NCBI GenBank assembly: GCA_051294375.1
Contig: JBJCIZ010000167.1
Location: 1-22,591, forward strand
Origin: Paraspadella gotoi
Taxonomy: Eukaryota > Animalia > Chaetognatha
Reading direction: 5' to 3'
DNA length: 22,591 bases
Shown: in pieces, positions 9,701 through 20,649 of the stretch
How positions within the stretch are numbered: position 1 is the stretch's first letter
Layout: each line of letters opens with the position of its first letter
Notes under the pieces: generated by a model
Seen by the model: only the letters and a program-made list of their open reading frames with translations
What the model was told of the DNA's origin: nothing
Database searches by the model: none
Program-made: the position numbers and the translations under genes

Positions 9701-12039
9701 ATACTCGCTAAATAAATCATCGCAGGTTTCGTTTAAAAATTAGTGGAGGACAGTTAATTAAATATCCTTTTTAAGCAAACAAAAACAAATTTCCTCTCTT
9801 TTATTTTTATGTCTCCTTCTTTCTCATCTTTTCTCTTTAGATTTTATGTAGCTTTCTCTCACTCCTCGAAAAGGATAAAAACGTTAAATACACCAGAAAA
9901 CAGACTTTTTCTCTGTAAAAAAGATATGAAAAACTTTAAATAACAGAAAAACCGATTTTTTTTAAATGTAAAAAGAAAATAAAAACTTAAAAAAAAAACG
10001 GCAACAGTTTTTTTCCAATGTAAAAAAATTATAAAAAAACACTGATAAACGACTTTCTAAAGTAAAAAGTGATAAAAACGTTAAATAAGGCGCAGACGAT
10101 TAATTTCCAAAGAAGATAACAACTTTAAACAAGAAACACGCCTTTTCCAATGTAAAAAGAGATACAAAAATTTCTAAAAACCGAAAAAACGAATATTTTC
10201 AAAGAAAAAAGAATAAAAAGTTTAAATACTTCTGCAAATGACATCATGAGGTTGTTAAAAAATTGGGTGAGGACAGTTTATTAAATAATCTTTTATCAAA
10301 CAAACAAATTTCCTCTCTTTTATTTTTATGTCTCCTTCTCTCGCTCTCTTTCTCTTTAATTTTATGTAGCTTTCTCTCCCTCTCATAGATAAAAACGTTA
10401 AATACACCAAGAAAACGACCTTTTTCTCTGTAAAAAGATAATGAAAACTTTAAAAATAACAGAAAACGATTTTTTTTAAATGTAAAAAGAAATAAAAAAC
10501 TGTTTAAAAAAAAAAACGGCAAACAGTTTTCCAATGTAAAAAAATATAAAACAAAAACACTGATAAACCGACTTTTCTAAGTAAAAAGTGATAAAAACGT
10601 AAAATAGGGCAGCGCAAAGACGATATTTCCAAAGAGATACAAACTTTAAAACAAAGAAAAACGCTTTTTCCAATTTGTAAAAAGAGATAAAAAAATTTTC
10701 TCAAAACACCGGAAAACGATATATCGTCAAAGAAAAAAAGAAATAAAAACGTTAAATAACTGCCTGCAAATAACATTCATCTGAGGTTTTTAAAATTGGG
10801 TGAGGACAGTTATCTTTTTATTCAAAACAAAACAATTTCCTTCTTTTATTTTTATGTCTCCATCTCTCTCGTCTTTTCTCTTTAATTTTATGTAGCTTTC
10901 TCTCATCTCAGACAGAAAAAAACGTTAATAACCAGAAATCGACTTTTTTCTCTGTAAAAAGATATGAAATCTTTAAAAATAACAGAAAACGGATTTTTTT
11001 TCCAATGTAAATAAAGAAATAAAAACTTAAAAAAAACGACAACGTTTTTTCCAATCTAAAGAAGAGTTAAAAACACCGATAAAAACGAGCTGTTTCTAAA
11101 GTAAAAAGGTGAATAACAAAACGTTAAAATACAGCGGCAGATACGATATTTCCAAAGAGATAACAACTTTAAAAAACAAAGAAAAACGCTTTTTCAATGC
11201 TAAAAAAGAGATAAAAATGTTCTAAAACACCGTGAAAAACGAATATTTTTAAAGAAAAGAAATATATAAAACGTTAATACTGTCTGCAAATAACAATCAT
11301 CGAGGTTGTAAAATTGGGTGAGGACAGTTTTAGAATATCTTTTTATCAAAACAACAAATTTTCCTCTCTTTTATTTTTATGTCTCCTTCTCTCTCTCTTT
11401 TCTCTTAAATTTTATGTAGCTTTTTTACTCACTCGCTCAATAAGATAGAAAACGTTAAATAACCAGAAAAACGACTTTATTTCTCTGTAAAAAGATATGA
11501 AAAACTTAAAAATAAACAGAAAACGATTTTTTTCCAATGTAAAGAATAAACTTAAAAAAAAACGGCAACGTTTTTCCAATGTAAAAAGAGTTAAAAACAC
11601 GATAAAGGACTTTTCTATAAGTAAAAAGTGATAAAAACGATTGAAAATTTACACGGCAGACGGGACATTTCCATAAGAGATAACAACTTAAAACAAGAAA
11701 ACGCTTTTTTCCAATGTAAATAAGAGATAAAAAAATTTTAAAACAATTTATTGTGTATTATATTGTATTTTCAAAGAAAAAAAAGATAAAAACGTTAAAA
11801 TACTTTCTGCAAATAACATCGATCGAGGTTGTTAAAATTGGGTGAGGACGTTATTAAAATATCTTTTAGCAAAACAAACAAAATTTCCTCTCTTTTATTT
11901 TATGTCTCCTTCTCCTCTCTCTTTTCTTCTTTTAATTTTATGTTAGCTTTCTCTCAACTCTCAAAAGATAAAACGTTAAATAAACAGAAAAGCGACTTTT
12001 TCTCTTAAAAAGATATGAAAACTTTAAACATACAAAAAC
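6715..12039. repeat. Satellite-like tandem array, about 10 monomers of about 525 bp, open-ended at the gap
   Basis: The anchor aattgggtgaggacag recurs near 7082, 7622, 8141, 8677, 9214, 9738, 10261, 10795, 11312 and 11836 (spacing about 517-540). The monomers align along their whole length, and most differences are 1-nt or homopolymer indels. Confidence 0.97.
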
Positions 12040-12064
12040 NNNNNNNNNNNNNNNNNNNNNNNNN
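12040..12064. other. Assembly gap (25 N)
   Basis: Run of N. The sequences on either side are unrelated. Confidence 0.99.
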
Positions 12065-12211
12065 ACTCCTTCGTTATACTTCCTTTTTTTTTTCGCTTCT
12101 ACATTATTCCTTCCCTTTTCCTCTCTCCTCTCTTCTCTCTTCTCTCTCCACCCTCTCCTTCCTCTCTCCCTGCGGCCTCCTCTCCTTTCTCCTTTTTCTT
12201 CCTTCTCTACT

Positions 12212-12246
<35 letters not shown>

Positions 12247-12280
12247 TTCCTACTTTTTTTATTTCTTTGACTCTTTAATT
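12065..12280. repeat. CT-rich low-complexity tract
   Basis: The + strand is almost purely pyrimidine, with (CT)n near 12212-12246. Confidence 0.9.
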
Positions 12281-14000
12281 CGACTCGTTCAGTCAACAGC
12301 AAGCCCCCCATACACACCTTTCTCTACCTTGACCCCTCTACCCTCTACCCCTCAGCCCCCTTTCCCCCCCCCATTTTACCTTTCCAGTTCTCGACGGAGC
12401 TTTATTTTTTTATACTCGTATCTCTTTTTTTTTTCGCCATATCCTTGACCGGGTTTTGGAGATAGGGTAGAGCGGGTCGGAGGGGTCTGTCATCGCCCTT
12501 CGAATCTTTCTTATTATTGAGAGCAAAGGTTTGAGGAGGGGAGAATGGGAAAAAGATGGAATTGTAAGGGAGGGATAAGCAGGAAGGATTTTATTTTTTT
12601 TAGGTAAGAGAGACTTAGAATTGGTTGAAGAAAAGATGGGATAATTTACATGTTAGGTTGGAAAGCGTTGGTTTTCCTTTTTAAGAGAGAAAGTTTTATC
12701 TTTTTTTTTTTTTTGTTTTTTTGTTCTGTAACCGGACGTGCTCAAAAAATCAATTTCTTCTGGCTTTTTTCTCTTTGTAAAGGCTAACATTCTATTATGT
12801 AACAGTTTTTGGCCATAGTAATAAATTGGGGAACACCTTTTTCGCGTCGAGGTTGGAGAGAGAGGTAATTGGAGTGAGAGAGAGAAGAGAGAGAGAGAGA
12901 AGAACCGAGGATTGAGAGGGAGTTGAGGAGAGATGAGAGGGACGACAACGGAATCTCGAGCGAAAGAAATTTGAAGATTTATTGACATACGCAATCCGAT
13001 ATTATTTCCTCTGTCGACGCATCTCTTCTTCTCTTCTCTCTCTTCTCCTCATCTCTTTTCTCTCTCTTCCTCTCTCTCTTTTTGCAATCTTTACTCTGGA
13101 AATTTCGGATTTCCTTTTTAATGCTCGTATATCGATATTTGTCGAGTCTTCGCTTTTGGATTATCCAGCATAATTGCTGAGGCCGTTTGAGGAATTTATT
13201 GCAATTGAGTATAATAATACTATGATACATCAATTACAATACACAATTATAGTAGTTCTATGTTTTTAGAATAAAACGGAAAAGGTTGTTTAAGTTTTCA
13301 AAGTTATAAAAAGGGAAATAAAAGTGTTTTTTTTCCCAGTTACTAATTTTGGTAAAAAAATTTGTACGATACTACATAGATATTTTATGAGCAAATCGGT
13401 TAAGTCTTTACTATTTTTCGTCAGTTACATTTTTCCTCTTCCTTTTTTCTTTTTTTCTTCCTCCTTTTTCTTTTTTTTTCTTTTTTTTTTTTCTCTTTCC
13501 TTTTTCTTTCGTCTCTAATCATTTTGTTCAAGGCGGATCTGGGCAGCGACCGCCTTAGACCCAAGGCGTTGCCCGAGGAGGTCAAACACTAGAGAGAGAG
13601 GGGTAGTGTGTGTTGAGAGAGAAGTTGAGAGGAGGAGAGGGAGTTGAGTGATTTGCAGAGAGAGAGAGAGAGAGAGATTTGGAAGAGAGCAGTTTCCTGG
13701 GTCTAACTGTCTGCCATTTATATTGAAGAGAAGAATTTTAAAGAGAAAAGGAGAGGGGAAAAGTATGAAAGGAAAGGAAATACAGAAAAAAAGGGAATAC
13801 TTAAAAAAAGTTTGCTAAAAAAGAGGAAAAAAAGCGAAACTTGTAACTTTACAGAGAGCAACGCAAAAAGACCAGGTCGGCATTTTTTATTTTCTCGCAT
13901 AATTTTGACGTATTTACGTTGTTTTTTATTAATTACCTCGAATTAATCCATTTTTCTCTCTTTCCGAGTCCGATTTGTCTCGCCTGTTCTTTTGTTTTCC

Positions 14001-14012
14001 CGCGCATGCGCA
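14001..14012. promoter_or_regulatory. NRF1/Ewg-type palindromic site
   Basis: cGCGCATGCGCa matches the YGCGCAYGCGCR consensus and sits in a small CpG-rich patch within T-rich DNA. Function is not shown. Confidence 0.3.
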
Positions 14013-14099
14013 TTTTGGTCGCGCTCTCTTCCCGCTTCCTCGTCGATCCACAATCAAAGTTCTTCGTCTTGTCACAGCCACAAGTCTCACTGCTGAACC

Positions 14100-14870
14100 C
14101 ATGTTTATTCTTTGAACTGTTTTTTTGTTTGGATTTTTTTTTTTTGCAGTTTTTTCTTTTTCTTTTTTTCTTTTTCTTTTTCTTTTTTTGTGTGTCTTTC
14201 TTTCTTTCCACATTTCTTTTTTCTCTTTGTCTTTTTCATATTTGTCATTTTCTTTCTTGCTTTAGTTTATTTTTTGTTTATATTTCTCTTCTTTGTTCTT
14301 CTTCACTCTCTTACTCTTCTCTCTCTCTCTCTTCTCTCTCTTCTCTATCATCTCACTTCTTCTTCCCTCGTCCCTTCCCTCTCGTCTCTCTCTCTCTCTC
14401 CTTTCCTTTGAGCCCGAGCCTCAGACGTTATCTGCCTTTTGCTCTTCTAATTTTCCATAATTGGTCATCAATTGCATTAAACCCTTGGACGGAGCATCGG
14501 CCACGTAGATTTGTCCGTCCGTCGGTTTTTTATCTGTTTGTCGTTTTTTCTGTCGTCTGTCTCTTCGTCTCATCTGACCGGTTTGTATTCACTGTCTGTT
14601 TTTTGTTGATTCTTAGCTTGTCTTTTTGTCTCTTTGATTTTTCCCAATTTTTATTAACCATCTATTTTATTTACAGATACTACAGACCTTTTCCTTTTAT
14701 ACTTTTTTTCTCTTCCTCGTCGATTTGTTCGTCAATCCAGCGACTCTCGTTCCTTCTTTCTCCTTTTCTTTTTTCCTTTTTACTCCTTTCCTTCTTACTC
14801 CTTTCCTTTCTTCTACTCTTTTTCTTTTATGCCTTTCTTATCCTTATTTTCTTTTTACTCCTTTTACCAC
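14100..14870. repeat. T/C-rich low-complexity region
   Basis: Poly-T, TTTC and CT runs plus a GTC/GTT-rich patch at about 14505-14640. These explain the F/L/S-rich ORF at 13919-14899. Confidence 0.85.
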
Positions 14871-15235
14871 ATATGGAGAAAAATTTCTCAATATTTTGAC
14901 AATTGTCCAATTTAGTAAACGAACTGATTTCAGTCTTGGATTCGCGCAAAAGTACTCACAATAGAAAAGTAATCACTTCCGAATTTAATTTCGATCACTC
15001 GGGTTTCCTTTTCCTTCATCAGTTCTAGCCAACCGCCTCTTCTCCACCCTCCGGAAATCCTCAAAATTAAAACAATGTAGCCCATCTTTCCATCCACCCA
15101 CTCGAGCAAAGGTTAGTTATGTACAAACAATGTTTTTAAAGATATTAGTGCTCCCTTGGATTTGTAAGGCGTCCTTGGATTTTTTCCCGCCTTTTCCTCT
15201 GTCGATTTTCCGCGCCCACGAGAGAGAGAGAGTAT

Positions 15236-15627
15236 GTGAGTGCCGTTTAGGTTCGTTTAAGGGAGGTGTGGTTGGGTGAGGGCCGTTTTAAGGTAGTGGT
15301 TGTATTTGCGATTGGATGATGTAGTGACGTAAGGAGTGGTGGTGGCTTGATTTGAGTGGGAGTGCGGTTAGGATTTTGAGTGGCGGTTAAGAATTGGGAT
15401 GGTGAGTGCTGTTAAAGGGTGGTGAAGTGGTGTTTAAGGAGTGGTGATTGCAATTAAGGGAGTGGTGAGTGGCCGATAAGTTGGTGAGTGGCCATTACGG
15501 GTGGTGAGTGGTTCGTTTAGGGAGGTGGTAAGAGGGCCGAGTTAAGGGATGGTGAGTGACGTTTAGTGGTGAGTGGCCGTTTAAGGGAGTGGTAATGGCC
15601 GATTAAGGGGTTAGGTGAGGGGCCGTT
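15236..15627 (+). repeat. Degenerate G-rich minisatellite, unit about 23 bp (GGGAGTGGTGAGTGGCCGTTTAA), about 17 copies
   Basis: Recurrent gtggtgagtggcc and gtttaaggg motifs, clearest at about 15455-15610. The copy number is estimated as length divided by unit size. Confidence 0.85.
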
Positions 15628-15894
15628 CTAAATTTTGGCGGTCAGGGGGGGTAAAGGGCTGAATAGTCATAACGTTTGGTCCTTCCATCTCCCCCCGATT
15701 CCAAAAATGTAATTTCTTTCTTCTCTAGTTCCAATGGAATGGTTCAAAAAATTCGAAGTTGTCAGCTCGCCTATTTTTTTTAAAAATTCGGTAGGGGCAA
15801 ATCTTTTCCAAGTTTCGATTTTTTTTTCACGTTAAGATGGATATAGAATTTCTTTTTATTTCCAACTTTACACTAAAAATTAATTCTTGAAATC

Positions 15895-16320
15895 CGACAA
15901 TGACGACAACGAACATAACGAAAAAGACGAAAAAGACAAAAAACCATAGAATAGAGATGACGAAACGACGGCGAAGACGAAAAATGGATAAACAAACAAA
16001 AACGACGAAACGTCGACGAAAATGATAACAAAGACGACAACAACAACAAAACGATGATGAAAGCAACAACAGACGACAACAATAACATGACAAAAGACAA
16101 AACTGAACAAACCAGAAAACAAAACAACGAAAACAAAAACGAAAAGACGACACAACGACGACGAAAACGACAACAAGACGATGAAAAACGACAGCAAAAG
16201 ACCGACGACGACGACAACGACGAAGAGACGACAAAACGAAGGCAAAACGACAACGAAATTGAAGGCGAAGACCATGACAAAAAAATATGACGAAGTAAAG
16301 ACAACAAAGAGTACGGACAG
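15895..16320 (+). repeat. GAC/AAC/GAA-rich low-complexity block 1
   Basis: T-poor + strand made of gacgac, acgaaa and acaa units. Confidence 0.88.
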
Positions 16321-16514
16321 CAAAAAGAGGAGAGAGAGAAGAGAAGAGAGAGAGAAGTAGGAGTTTCAAATTTGCAGCAAGCAGGGGGATTTAGTTGACT
16401 GTTGATTCTCCTCTCTTTCCTCTCTCTCTCTCTCTCTCTCTCTTTTCTCTCGACGTCAACAGATTCACAAAGTACAGATTAATAAGTTAATCATTGACAT
16501 TGTGATTGTGATTA

Positions 16515-16790
16515 TGATGATGAAAACGACAAAACAATAACAAAAAATACAGTGAATATGACGAAAAAAGTTAAGAGAAGAAAAAACAAGACGACAGAGA
16601 GGAGACAAAAACGACAAACGAAAAAGCAAAGAAAGACGACAAAACGACGACGAAGAGGAAGACAAACCGACAACGAAAGACAAAAGACGAAAACGACGAC
16701 GAAGAGGAAGACAAAACGACACGAAAATGAAAGACAGACGAAAACGATGAAGACGAAACGACGGTGAAGATGACGGCAAAAGACGAACTC
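16515..16790 (+). repeat. GAC/GAA-rich low-complexity block 2
   Basis: Same vocabulary as block 1, including aaaacgacgacgaagaggaagacaaa twice. Confidence 0.88.
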
Positions 16791-16805
16791 ATAAACACTG
16801 TCAAG

Positions 16806-17254
16806 GATTAGAAAACGTCGAATTTGGATCAAGTGCAGTATTTTTTTTCTTTTATAGAAAACATATTTCGATCTTATTTGACAGTCATCGTTCAGGGTAA
16901 GAGTGAAGTGAGTAAGAAGAGTGCTAAGGAAGAGAGAGAGAGATGAGAGAGAGAGAACAGGTGAGAGTCAGACAAACAACAGGGATAAATCCCTCCACCC
17001 CCCCCCGTTCAATGTCTAGTCTTCTTTCTTCCAGGAATTAAGGATCGGTTTCCATGCATCGGTTTTGACATAAGACCCCTATCTTCATTGAGGCCTCTGC
17101 CCGGGCACAATCGAGGCGCCGTGATTCCACAAGGCCTCTTCCACTTTAGGTGGTGGCTGAGGCTGAACGCTGATCTGTCAAATAAGATCGAAATATTGGT
17201 TTTCTATAAAAGAAAAAAAATTGCACTTGATCCCAAATTCACGTTTTCTTAATC
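16806..17254. mobile_element. Fold-back element or local inversion with about 90-bp inverted arms
   Basis: 16806-16895 (gattagaaaacgtcgaatttggatcaagtgca...tatttcgatcttatttgacagtcatcgttcag) is the reverse complement of 17163-17254, differing mostly by small indels. The spacer is 267 bp. The inverted repeat is certain and the transposon identity is inferred. Confidence 0.62.
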
Positions 17255-20200
17255 ATAAATTAAACAGTGCATTGTGATGACTCTACAAACTTACACTGTC
17301 AATGATTTTTATTATAAATTTTTTGACATAGTGGTAATAACCTTTCTTTTTCGTTATATTATGTGTATTAGAGGCAATTTGGTTCCTTCTGATCATTATT
17401 ACGTAACACCCCCCGCTATCCCAGGTATGCCAAGCATACCGGGATACCCGAGCATGTCCAGGAATAAAGATCAAATATATCCGGTCGCAGGGGGATGGAA
17501 AGTAGAGAAGGAAGAATTTTAAAATTACTGAGTATATAAAAAATGCGTCCAGGATCCGTTAGGCCTAAAACAAACAATGCGGAACCATCAAAACAGGAAC
17601 CGACTTCCAAAAAACGGCAGTACGAACAGACGGGAACGACGGCAGATGACATACTGACCGGCGCTAACCCTCCTCCACACACGGTTGTACTTCAAGTTAC
17701 GATGTTTGAAGACGAGACAATTGAGTACAAAGACACGAAATAAAGATTCAAAATTGTAAAGATGGAATAATACAACTAAGCCGTAAAAATCTAATTCGTA
17801 AATCTTGGTCCCAAAAAACAGGTTTCGAAGTTCGACTTGTACGAATGGGTCACGTCTACAGCTGAAGATACCGCTCATCAGCCCGCATAGTTGCAAGGCG
17901 CTGTGTAACGGTTACCGAAGCGTACGAACCTGACTGCGAAAATAAAAAAGGTAATCCTAACTTGAACGGCGTGTGTTAGTACACCCGTAACAACCGTAAA
18001 AATACAAAAACACTGAAAAACTGGACTTCATTCTGACCTTAAAACGTTTGCCCGCTAACTGAAAACAATACAAGAAAGACCCTAGAAATAAATTGACACA
18101 AGGCAGGGGGGAATGAGACATTGGGAGCTAAATATCATCTAACTGGCTAACTGACAAAACATAGATTTTTGGTAAACTAGCTTCGGGCATAATTAAAAAC
18201 ATTACTATCAAAATCTTGTCTAATCCGTTTGAAATTTCTTAGGTCAAAGCGCAAAGACCGGTTATAACTGACCCCGGTGGCCGATCTCCGAGCCCGACAT
18301 ATGTTACACCCGCGACCTCCGAAAGTAGCCAACTAAAGGAAAGAAGCGTGAATATTAATGGAAGCCCGAATTGCAAGGACAATACGGAACCGCCGAACCA
18401 AATCGAATTCAAAGAATCAAAGGTGAAAGAAAAATGATAAGGTGTCCATCTTGTAAAGCGAGTATACCCGCTTACCAATGCAACTTGTCCGCCCCCCGCA
18501 GACACGAATAGGATTTCGAGGTTAATTTCGACCGGCTAAGAACGAAATCAACCCGTTCAAGCCTCTACACTCGACATGGCGAAGGCAAAAACGGTGCCTT
18601 CATGGTCACGACAAACCTTTGAGACGAGTATAACACCTAATCTTCAAATATTCACAATCCAACTCGCAGTCGTCCGCATCCAGACGGATAACGTCAAGCA
18701 TATCTCATTCATGTTCACAAGCTTTCTTTCAACGCGTCCATCTACGACTTCCTCTGATGAGGACCCCGATACGGAAGACCCGAATCTTAAGATCTGCGTA
18801 TATCGAAACTTCATTTCTTACCAAAAATTATGTAAGACGCCACACCCTATTACCGGACACCACAAAACACCTGATAGACCTATCGTCCTACGGGATAAAA
18901 ATAGTAAAATTGAGACTATATATCGAATATGTACTAATTCTTCGCCGTATTGATCTTGCTAAATAAACCCATTCGAAACTTGAAAAACCTGATACACTGT
19001 AAAGTAAAAATAATTAGCAATCCTTATCAAAATAAAAAATGTTAGACTAGACCTAAAAACGAAATCAATACCTGTCAAAATACTAAACCCGAAAATATGA
19101 AAACCTAATAATCTATAACTCTAAAAAACGTAATCATTCTAAAAAGCGCTGAAGGAAGTTATTTTATTGGTTTAACCTTACTTTAAGCATCCGAATGCCG
19201 AAGCAACGAGATCAAGTATTTCGGCAAGGCTAAGCAAAAAGACTACGGATGGGGCGAGACCCTCGAACCCTGCCAAAAAGTAAGCAAAGCAATAACATGA
19301 TAATCCTTCTCGTCGCTGGCTCCCTACCCAGCACCCTGCCAACTTAACCATAAAGAAAGAAAAATACAAAAAAGTGGGCGTACAATAGACCAAACGAATA
19401 CGAAACGATTCACTTGCCATCAGATAACCGCGTCGTAAACGTTCGGACAGGGAAGTACTTAAAGGGTGTTCGGTAAAGTTGTTCGTCGCTGAGAAATAGG
19501 CGAAGGTCAAACAAACAACTTATCGTTACCGAAAAAGAAAAAATATTGAAGTTTCCCGGTGACTTTTCCCAACCAACTCTGTGCGGAATCGGCTATACGT
19601 AAAGGAAAGGTCGCCCGCCTGAGCGGCGCGCAGGGAGACAGTCTTGGATAGAAGAAGACCGTCACTTCGAATGCCTAAAAACCGTAATATTTAAGCGTCG
19701 GCTCACGAAGCTCCGTCTGTCTAGAGACATTCGAAAGTCGAAGCAAAAAATTCTAAAAAAAGCGAAAAAACGTTAGGGGCAAACTACGAATAATATAAAC
19801 GATCAAAGAGAGATAATTTATATTATTCTTACCTACTCTAAATTGTCGCCATCTACTCTTGAGCTAATCAAAAAATACAAATCTAAATAAATACAAAAAA
19901 TTGGACGGATAAAGTGTTCTTTGCAGTGGGGTGGTTGGCAACACCGCTCCGAAGAGAGGTTTTGTTCTTCCGTCTTGTTCTGGTCGGGAAAAACACGCTT
20001 TGGCGAGCGTTGCTTGTTTTGTCCTCCTCTTGCTTGATCCAAAAACTTTGACCCATAGACGAATACGAATTGAACTTTCACCGTAAAATCTTGAAATAAA
20101 TCTGAAACGACACTAAATAAAAAGCTTTGAAATTTGTTGGGTTAGGACCTTAATACTAAAAATTCGAAAAAATAATAATTTTCCTAAAAACGAACAAAGT

Positions 20201-20649
20201 ATTATTAAAAAATATATTTTTCTAAAAAATACTAAATAATTCTTATCGAAAAATTGGTCTTACCCCCCGCACGAACGGAGAGGAACGAACCTGTTCGTAC
20301 AAAAAAGAAAAAATTTATCAAAAAAATTTAGCAAAAAAAAAACAAAAAATACAAAGGGAGAACTACGCGTAGTTAATTCGTAATGCTTGGGGAGAAATTT
20401 CCCCCAGCGAAGGAAAACCGCAAATTTCCCCCGAGCATAAAGTTAAGAAAACCTGGGAAAAAAGGCATGATGGTAAAAAACACTTTTCTCGGAGATAATT
20501 GAAGCCGTACGATCGATTGAAAGTCGAGGTTAACCTGTCGAAAACCAAACACACAAATTAACTAAAATACTTAAAAAATAAACATTTAACTAAAGCAAAA
20601 AATAATGTTAAAAAAGCCAAAAATTAAATATTAAAATTAAGAAAAAACG

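Noticed and set aside
6648-11600. Repeated F/L/K-rich minus-strand ORFs resembling membrane proteins
   Set aside because: They are translations of the A/T-tract satellite, and the frames are not conserved between monomers.
6715-12039. CRISPR array, or rRNA/snRNA/histone tandem cluster
   Set aside because: Whole monomers repeat with no unique spacers, and no RNA-gene or histone sequence is recognisable.
13130-13137. DRE motif TATCGATA
   Set aside because: A single AT-rich 8-mer is unsurprising in a window of this size and composition.
13919-14899. 326-aa ORF and the antisense K/R-rich ORFs
   Set aside because: The A-poor low-complexity strand simply lacks stop codons, and no domain is present.
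15236-15627. Interstitial telomeric repeat
   Set aside because: The unit is about 23 bp. TTAGG/TTAGGG words are isolated rather than tandem.
15827-16832. Multiple overlapping V/F/S/R-rich and K/T/D-rich ORFs
   Set aside because: They are open in several frames because of the GAC/AAC simple repeats.
18576-18953. 125-aa + strand ORF (and 17543-17743) as real CDS
   Set aside because: There is no recognisable motif, and the local splice signals favour the opposite strand.
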